Shown: positions 58,635 to 64,000 of the stretch, piece by piece
Layout: each line of letters opens with the position of its first letter
Position numbering within the stretch: position 1 is the stretch's first letter
Origin: a bacterium
GTDB taxonomy: Archaea > Nanobdellota > Nanobdellia > Pacearchaeales > GW2011-AR1
NCBI GenBank assembly: GCA_036833455.1
Contig: DAITPU010000002.1
Coordinates: forward strand, 16,812 to 80,811
DNA length: 64,000 bases
Reading direction: 5' to 3'
Notes under the pieces: generated by a model
Told to the model about the DNA's origin: nothing
Databases searched by the model: none
Seen by the model: the letters and a program-made list of their open reading frames with translations, nothing else
Position numbers and translations under genes: made by a program

Positions 58635-58891
58635 TCTGCCCTCCTTTCCAGTTTGAAGTTAAAGATGTGTTGGCCTTCTTTCCGGCGTGAAGCCTTTTTG
58701 TCAAACTCCAGGGAGAAAGAGTCGGCCGGAAATATCTTGGAGAGTTCTTTCACAAGAGAGCTCTTTGAGCTCACTCTCTTAATGAAATTTCCTCTTTCTT
58801 CAAAAGGAACTATGCTCAAAGAGGACGACTCGGGGTGGAGCTGAAAAGATCCCTCTCTTTTTAGGAGGACGAATTCATTTTTCTTTCCCAT
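58631..58891 (-). CDS. Hypothetical protein (island)
   Basis: 86-aa ORF in tight tandem array. Confidence 0.4.
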   Translation of the reverse strand: MGKKNEFVLLKREGSFQLHPESSSLSIVPFEERGNFIKRVSSKSSLVKELSKIFPADSFSLEFDKKASRRKEGQHIFNFKLERRAE

Positions 58892-58902
58892 GATTTTAAT
58901 TT

Positions 58903-59214
58903 TTAGTTGATTGTAATAGCTGATTTGTTTAAAGGGGTTAAGAAATAAATTACTTTTCCGTCTTCCGACGAAAAGGAAGAAACTCTTCGCAATTTTTCCT
59001 CTAAAAGAAAAATTATTTCTTCTATTGCCTCGTTTGGATTTCCGTTCCTTTTAAGAGTGGTTTTTCCAAAGATAGAAGTTAAACTTTTCTTTATTTCCTC
59101 TTTAGAGAGAAAAATTCCTTGAGAAAGGATTGATATGAGATAGGCCATTTCTTCTTGATAAGGAGAAGATGGATGCCTTTCCTGTAAAAAAATTCTAAAA
59201 TTTTGCTTTTCCAT
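58903..59214 (-). CDS. Hypothetical protein (island)
   Basis: 103-aa ORF. Confidence 0.4.
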   Translation of the reverse strand: MEKQNFRIFLQERHPSSPYQEEMAYLISILSQGIFLSKEEIKKSLTSIFGKTTLKRNGNPNEAIEEIIFLLEEKLRRVSSFSSEDGKVIYFLTPLNKSAITIN

Positions 59215-59226
59215 AATTAATTTCGA

Positions 59227-59367
59227 TTAATCTTCCAAACAGCATTTTTTTCGGGCCCAGGCATTCCTTTTTTGAAGAGAAAGTATTGCTCTCCTATATT
59301 GAGCTGCCTCTTTTTTTTCGAGACATTTTTGGCGAAGGGCCTCAATTTTTTTTTGAATTTTTTTCAT
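59227..59367 (-). CDS. Small basic protein (46 aa) directly downstream of repeat copy B
   Basis: MKKIQKKIEALRQKCLEKKEAAQYRRAILSLQKRNAWARKKCCLED; start preceded by AAAAAACTTTTAACAC. Confidence 0.35.
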   Translation of the reverse strand: MKKIQKKIEALRQKCLEKKEAAQYRRAILSLQKRNAWARKKCCLED

Positions 59368-59404
59368 GTGTTAAAAGTTTTTTTGTTAAACATAAAATTA
59401 AAAA

Positions 59405-59464
59405 ATAGCACTCGCTCACAGCAGTGCTCTTACCAACTTCGCTTGTCGTTCTCAATTAAGAGTT
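59405..59464. repeat. Structured intergenic repeat element, copy B
   Basis: ATAGCACTCGCTCACAGCAGTGCTCTTACCAACTTCGCTTGTCGTTCTCAATTAAGAGTT; overlaps stop of 59452..59703. Confidence 0.75.
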
Positions 59465-59703
59465 GGCTGCATCTTAGATTGAATTATTATAAGATTCCTC
59501 TTGAACCTCTTGCGATTAAAGGTCCAGAGAAAACTTTCAAACAAGAAGTGCATTGCTGCAAATCCATAATGGGCGATTCCGGTTAGGAAAATTACGAGAA
59601 AGAAAGTTAAAAAATTAGCTCTCTTCTCTTTCAAACCTTTCCAGGTTCTTCTCCAGAAAATCTTTTCTTTCTGAAGGACAATTTTGAGCAGGCTTGTCTT
59701 CAT
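59452..59703 (-). CDS. Small membrane protein (island)
   Basis: 83 aa, one TM. Confidence 0.4.
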   Translation of the reverse strand: MKTSLLKIVLQKEKIFWRRTWKGLKEKRANFLTFFLVIFLTGIAHYGFAAMHFLFESFLWTFNRKRFKRNLIIIQSKMQPTLN

Positions 59704-60290
59704 GATTTTTTCCTCCTCATGTTCTGGACAATAGCAAAATGAACTGAATCTTTTGGAAGATGCAGATTATATTTCTTATTGATCTTTGGCATTCCTAATG
59801 TTGAACACCAAATGTTTGGAGCTTTCACTGCCTCTTCCTTTGTTATTTCATAATACGGAAGGGGTGAATGAATCTCGGTCACAATAGTTTTTCTGTCTAC
59901 CTCTGAAGAGGAGTCCAGCTTCAAGGAATTACTATCTCTTTCAAAGAAATGGATATTTATCTCTTCATAAGAGAAAGAAAGAGTGCCTCCTTTTGTTCGA
60001 ATTAGAATATTGCTATCCTCTCTCAATAGAGCAAAGTGAGGTGTGACACGGACCATACTATCATTTACCTGAACTGAATCCCCCTCGACAGGCGATAAAA
60101 TTCTTGTTCTCATAATAACTGTCTCTCGCTCTGCGGATTTTGCTCCAACTGCATTTAAGACTGCCATCGGAACGAATGCTATGCCTGCAGCAAGAAGAAT
60201 GATAGTAAACTTCTTCTGGTATGCCCTTTTTCCGAACACCATCGCAATCACGATGATTGCAATTAAGGTGGAAACTAGATATGTTGCCAT
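59700..60290 (-). CDS. Membrane-anchored hypothetical protein (island)
   Basis: 196 aa, two N-terminal TMs. Confidence 0.45.
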   Translation of the reverse strand: MATYLVSTLIAIIVIAMVFGKRAYQKKFTIILLAAGIAFVPMAVLNAVGAKSAERETVIMRTRILSPVEGDSVQVNDSMVRVTPHFALLREDSNILIRTKGGTLSFSYEEINIHFFERDSNSLKLDSSSEVDRKTIVTEIHSPLPYYEITKEEAVKAPNIWCSTLGMPKINKKYNLHLPKDSVHFAIVQNMRRKKS

Positions 60291-60302
60291 TTTTCTTCCT
60301 CC

Positions 60303-61442
60303 TTATTTATCTTGTTTCCACTCTATTCCGGGGCAGTAATCTGTGTAAGCACTTCCAAAATATTCTCCGAATATTCCTAGAAATCCCAGGAAACCCTTCC
60401 AAAAGATTTCGCATCCATTTGCGATAAGACCCACGCAAAGAATATTCCAGAAGAAACTTACGGCCAAAATCTTAACAAAGAACCCATAGATTAACCATTC
60501 CCATAATAGTTTGACCAGAAGATAATAAAAGGGAGTTATAAATATTCCCTTAAGCAATTTCCCATACCAGGATTCTGGGTTAAAAGAATAATATATGCCT
60601 CTGAAAAGTAGGAAAATTAGATAACCCGCGGTTAAAAACGCCGCAATAAGGCCAAATACTTCTCCAAAAACGATTAAGAAACGAATTATTTCTTGACCAT
60701 CCCAGATATAAACTATCCAGGTAATTCCTCTTGTGAGAAAAGTTAACACAAAATAGAGCCCAACAAAAAGGATTGTTGAAACGATGAATCCCGTCACTCT
60801 TTTGGTCCATTTAATGAGCTTGGCCTGTCGACGAATCTTATCTGCTGCAGAATTGCGTGCAGCGGATATCTTTTCTCCAAATTCTTCGAAGATAGGTCTA
60901 AATTGTTTCCTGGGCTTGGGAGGATTTTTCTTCGATATTTCTTCGAGCCTCTTGTTTCTTTTTTCAATCAGTTCGTTTCGTAGAATTATCCAATGTTTTC
61001 CTTTTTTCTCTGCCTCTTTTTTAAGCCAAGAATACATTTTTGAATCCTGCTCGAAAGTTATCCTTCCTCCAAAAATCTCTTTTTGACAAGGTCCTCCTTT
61101 TTCACACCAAGCATCAAATTCTCTCCAAAAGAATTCTCTTTCTTCCCTCATCTGCCTGTCCCATTTTTCATACATTGGTTCCATGAGGTATTTTTCCTGA
61201 AGGAGGAGGAGGTAATTGAAAAATTTTGCGAATAACTTCAGAATGTTCCAAAGAAGAAGAAGAATTAGTTTCACCGGCCCCCATGTAAAGAAAAGGAGTC
61301 CAGATAGGATAGTTAACCAGAAGTAGGGACAAAGATTCCGCATTGTCTCTGGATCTGGAGCCAGATTTCCCAGAATAAACTGGTTCATTCTGTAATGCCA
61401 AGACTTTGTGCTTAGCGTGATTAAATTTATGTGTTCTTCCAT
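60303..61442 (-). CDS. Polytopic membrane protein (island), 379 aa
   Basis: multiple TMs with W/F-rich helices; preceded by repeat copy C. Confidence 0.45.
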   Translation of the reverse strand: MEEHINLITLSTKSWHYRMNQFILGNLAPDPETMRNLCPYFWLTILSGLLFFTWGPVKLILLLLWNILKLFAKFFNYLLLLQEKYLMEPMYEKWDRQMREEREFFWREFDAWCEKGGPCQKEIFGGRITFEQDSKMYSWLKKEAEKKGKHWIILRNELIEKRNKRLEEISKKNPPKPRKQFRPIFEEFGEKISAARNSAADKIRRQAKLIKWTKRVTGFIVSTILFVGLYFVLTFLTRGITWIVYIWDGQEIIRFLIVFGEVFGLIAAFLTAGYLIFLLFRGIYYSFNPESWYGKLLKGIFITPFYYLLVKLLWEWLIYGFFVKILAVSFFWNILCVGLIANGCEIFWKGFLGFLGIFGEYFGSAYTDYCPGIEWKQDK

Positions 61443-61481
61443 GATTGAAAAAGTTTTTTTGTTGATACTAAGTTAATAAAA

Positions 61482-61541
61482 ATAGCACTCGCTCACAGCA
61501 GTGCTCTTACCAACTTCGCTTGTCGTTCTCAATTAAGAGTT
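61482..61541. repeat. Structured intergenic repeat element, copy C
   Basis: ATAGCACTCGCTCACAGCAGTGCTCTTACCAACTTCGCTTGTCGTTCTCAATTAAGAGTT, identical to copy B; overlaps stop of 61533..62006. Confidence 0.75.
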
Positions 61542-62006
61542 GGGGATTTTTTTCTTTCTTTTGAACTCAAAAAGAAGTCCAAGAGAAATTCCTAATATTG
61601 TGAAAAAAGGGATAATCCATTTCCACAACGCAAACGATGGATCAAAATCTGGAAGTTCGTGGAGGGCAGATGTATTTTGAAATGCCGGAATTAGGAATCC
61701 CGGAATAAATCCAAGGAAAAAAAAACTTCCGCTCCAAGAGAGATAGCCCCCTTCTACTTTTACTCTTTTGAAAAAGAGGATTAGAAAGAAGTGGAATATT
61801 ATTCCTATCCCACAACCAACTAAAAGGTAAGGTAGAAATCTAAAATTGGGAACTTCTTCCCAAGGGAAGAGAAGTTTCCAGTTTCCTAATTCTATTCCTG
61901 CTCTTCGAATTAAAAGGTTGAAGGCTAGTGCGCTCCAAAGGAGGCACATGATGGCGATTAAAGAACGAAACTTTGTTTCGTTCAAAAATAGAATCATCCT
62001 TTTCAT
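61533..62006 (-). CDS. Membrane protein (island)
   Basis: 157 aa, 4 TM. Confidence 0.45.
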   Translation of the reverse strand: MKRMILFLNETKFRSLIAIMCLLWSALAFNLLIRRAGIELGNWKLLFPWEEVPNFRFLPYLLVGCGIGIIFHFFLILFFKRVKVEGGYLSWSGSFFFLGFIPGFLIPAFQNTSALHELPDFDPSFALWKWIIPFFTILGISLGLLFEFKRKKKIPNS

Positions 62007-62443
62007 TTTTCCTCCTTTCTTATTTGGATTACTTCCAACATAACTCCTAGAATAGAAAAACAGATTCCTCCGAACCCCAGGAGATAGGAAGTTCCTACTT
62101 TTGCGTTATGGAGAAACTTTGAAAAATGGGTTAAGGAATCTTCAGGATTCACTTCCCATCTGTATTCAAGGTTCATTAAAAGGAACAGAAGATAAATCCC
62201 CAAGATAAATAGGAGATACTTGTATCCTTTTAAGAATGTATACCCCATTCCCTTTCTATTGTAAGGGAGAATCTCCCGCTTGAAGAGGAGCCAGAAGAGC
62301 ACAGTAAAAATGTTCAGGGAAAGGGCAAATCCCCCTGTGCTTAGAAGTCCACGTTCCATTCTTAGGAAAAAAATCATTCCTACGAAAGAAATAATTACTC
62401 CTAGAAGGAGAAAAATTTCGGTTAAATTCTTTTTTGTTTTCAT
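62003..62443 (-). CDS. Membrane protein (island)
   Basis: 146 aa, 4 TM; start preceded by AAAAAACTTTTAACAC. Confidence 0.45.
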   Translation of the reverse strand: MKTKKNLTEIFLLLGVIISFVGMIFFLRMERGLLSTGGFALSLNIFTVLFWLLFKREILPYNRKGMGYTFLKGYKYLLFILGIYLLFLLMNLEYRWEVNPEDSLTHFSKFLHNAKVGTSYLLGFGGICFSILGVMLEVIQIRKEEK

Positions 62444-62465
62444 GTGTTAAAAGTTTTTTTGTTTG

Positions 62466-62882
62466 CTAAATTTTTTCTTTTAAGAAAAGTCTCCTTATGG
62501 GAGGGATCTTTTCAAGGATCCAACTTCCTCCCCAGATAAGGATAAAGACAATTAGTAAGTCCTTCAAAAAGGTAGGGTCCTTGAACATGTAATATGTCCA
62601 GACCATCATTAGAATGGTCATTATTAATAGTGTCAAGAAAAAAATATTTTTTACTTTTCTGTAATTTTCTTTCTCTCTTGACATTGCCCGGACTAGTATT
62701 CCCATTCCAAATAAAAAGATCACAAGTGGGGCTCCTGAAATGCGATAGATATCTCTTTTGGAAAATCCCTCTTGTTCTGCTGCAGAGTCAAATTCCGAAA
62801 ACTTTATTTGCTTTCTGCTCATAGCTTCCGTCGAGCAAGAAAACAAAATTAATGAAATTAAAAAGACAAATAATTTTTTCAT
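62466..62882 (-). CDS. Lipoprotein/membrane protein with lipobox LFSC
   Basis: MKKLFVFLISLILFSCSTEA then 2 TM; start preceded by conserved motif and truncated repeat copy D. Confidence 0.5.
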   Translation of the reverse strand: MKKLFVFLISLILFSCSTEAMSRKQIKFSEFDSAAEQEGFSKRDIYRISGAPLVIFLFGMGILVRAMSREKENYRKVKNIFFLTLLIMTILMMVWTYYMFKDPTFLKDLLIVFILIWGGSWILEKIPPIRRLFLKEKI

Positions 62883-62923
62883 GTGTTAAAAGTTTTTTTT
62901 GTTTAACATAAAATTAAAATAAA

Positions 62924-62959
62924 TAACACTCGCTCACAGCAGTGCTCTTACCAACTTCT
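62924..62959. repeat. Structured intergenic repeat element, copy D (truncated)
   Basis: ATAACACTCGCTCACAGCAGTGCTCTTACCAACTTC then abuts stop of 62968..63747. Confidence 0.65.
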
Positions 62960-62967
62960 TAAAAAAA

Positions 62968-63747
62968 TTATTTCAATTTGAGGATTTGACCCACCCTCAA
63001 TTTGTTCGGATTATCAAGACTATTCAAAACCTGGATTTCCCTCCAGGAAAGCCCGTATTTTTGGGCTATACTTCCCAGAGTTTCTCCTGATTTTACGATG
63101 TGGGAAGTGGGAATCTCTGAGGGGGCAGAGGGGACAGGTGAATCCGACGAAGAAGGCTGTACCTTCCGCTTTGAATAGAGACGGGTATTAGCTATCCAAA
63201 CTCCATCTTGTCCCTCTTTTGATTGGACAAATAAGTTGAGAGTGTAGTTATCATACACCTCATCGAACTTTCCCTGTTCAAAGAGATAAACAAAAATTCC
63301 TCTTTGGAACACAAGGAAATTTCTTTTTCCCAATTTTATTGGGAAGGTGTGATTTCCCGCACTTTCACGGTAATCTCTGTTCTTTAGAGTTTTGATCTCT
63401 TTCTCTTTGTCGAACAGAGGGGAAACTTTTGTGTTTCTTGCGATCAATACTCGTTCGTTTGTTTTTTCAAAAAAGAACATTCTATCCTCGTCCCAAATCA
63501 TCTTCCCTTTTTTCTTCCCTTCTTTGAGAGTAAGGGTAAAACGTTTATTGATCCCCCAGATTTGATCTTCTTCAAACTGGAGAATAAAATCTCCCTGTCC
63601 GTCAAGGTGGATAACATCATATTCCCCCAAAGGAGCTTCTTTAGAAATTCCTCTTTCGATCTTGGAAGTGTTTTCCAACTTCTGGGGGGAGGAGCAACTG
63701 GCGATCATAAAAAAGATCGCGATGGAACAAATTTGTTGTGTTTTCAT
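62968..63747 (-). CDS. Lipoprotein with C-terminal LysM domain
   Basis: MKTQQICSIAIFFMIASCSS lipobox; C-terminal VKSGETLGSIAQKYGLSWREIQVLNSL...LRVGQILKL LysM signature. Confidence 0.6.
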   Translation of the reverse strand: MKTQQICSIAIFFMIASCSSPQKLENTSKIERGISKEAPLGEYDVIHLDGQGDFILQFEEDQIWGINKRFTLTLKEGKKKGKMIWDEDRMFFFEKTNERVLIARNTKVSPLFDKEKEIKTLKNRDYRESAGNHTFPIKLGKRNFLVFQRGIFVYLFEQGKFDEVYDNYTLNLFVQSKEGQDGVWIANTRLYSKRKVQPSSSDSPVPSAPSEIPTSHIVKSGETLGSIAQKYGLSWREIQVLNSLDNPNKLRVGQILKLK

Positions 63748-64000
63748 GGTTGAAAAGTGATTTGGGTTTTGTGAAAAAATTTATTGAATTTCAAGGTTAT
63801 TTCAAGGTATTTCACTTGAAAAATATATTATCGTCTAGCTTATGCTTGACTGTTATTTCTTTCCTAAAAGGTATTTCGCTTCGGAATTTTCATTTCGAAG
63901 GTTTTTCACTTAATCTCTTTGTCGAGTTTAAGTTTTTTCAGTTATTTTCTTTTTCGAAATCAACTTTTTTAGATATTTCAAATACGAATCTTGTTAAAGA

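Noticed and set aside
59272-59586. 104-aa plus-strand ORF spanning repeat copy B
   Set aside because: Crosses the repeat element and the start of the minus-strand 46-aa ORF; the coding direction of the whole island is minus
1-64000. CRISPR arrays, IS elements, integrase/transposase genes
   Set aside because: No regularly spaced direct repeats with unique spacers and no ORF with recognisable transposase or integrase motifs in any frame of this window

Overview
Most of this window is AT-rich archaeal DNA that reads like a DPANN-type genome (Woese-/Pacearchaeota-like). I infer this from the gene content and the lysine-rich r-protein tails, not from any database search.

What the window contains, in order:
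- 1-11.5 kb, minus strand: a near-complete ribosomal protein cluster, L3-L4-L23-L2-S19-L22-S3-L29-SUI1-S17-L14-L24-S4e-L5-S14-S8-L6-L32e-L19e-L18-S5-L30-(small inserted ORF)-L15.
- 12-16 kb: an AI-2E family transporter, an archaeal AMP phosphorylase and a DedA-family membrane protein.
- 16-23 kb: tRNA-Ser, an NHL-repeat secreted protein with a C-terminal dockerin-like module, an XPD/Rad3-like FeS helicase, and a 995-aa NHL-repeat surface protein.
- 23-25 kb: the L1-P0-P1 stalk operon.
- 27.4-27.9 kb: a candidate RNase P RNA and tRNA-Phe.
- 28-29 kb: a DUF106 (Oxa1/YidC-like) protein and a prefoldin alpha with a Cys/His-rich tail.
- 29-30 kb: an eIF2B-family (e2b2-like) protein, which may be a ribose-1,5-bisphosphate isomerase partnering the AMP phosphorylase at 13.5 kb.
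- 29.8-47.2 kb: a large N-glycosylation / surface-polysaccharide locus. It runs from an AglH-like GlcNAc-1-P transferase to the AglB/STT3 oligosaccharyltransferase (WWDYG motif). In between are a flippase, GDP-heptose genes (GmhA, HddA, HddC), five glycosyltransferases, two methyltransferases, a radical SAM/SPASM enzyme, an epimerase/dehydratase and WecB.
- 47.7-51.2 kb: SecD/SecF, tRNA-Gly flanked by an 18-bp direct repeat, tRNA-Arg, tRNA-Leu and a stand-alone 5S rRNA.
- 52-55.8 kb: RpoN, then L21e-RpoF-DUF655 and S13-S4-S11-RpoD.

At about 55.9 kb the conserved RpoD-L18e-L13-S9 cluster is cut off. The remaining ~8 kb is compositionally different: visibly higher GC, roughly 40% versus about 28% by eye. 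It encodes an all-minus-strand operon-like array of membrane proteins and lipoproteins with bacterial-type lipoboxes (LFGC, LFSC, IASC), one carrying LysM. Between these genes sit four near-identical ~60-nt structured elements (two hairpins plus a T-run) and a conserved start-proximal motif (AAAAAACTTTTAACAC-ATG). A tRNA 3'-half-like fragment also lies here. This right-hand island is the most unusual part of the window. It is either a horizontally acquired or integrated element of bacterial origin, or a chimeric join.

No CRISPR array and no obvious transposase or integrase gene were seen.
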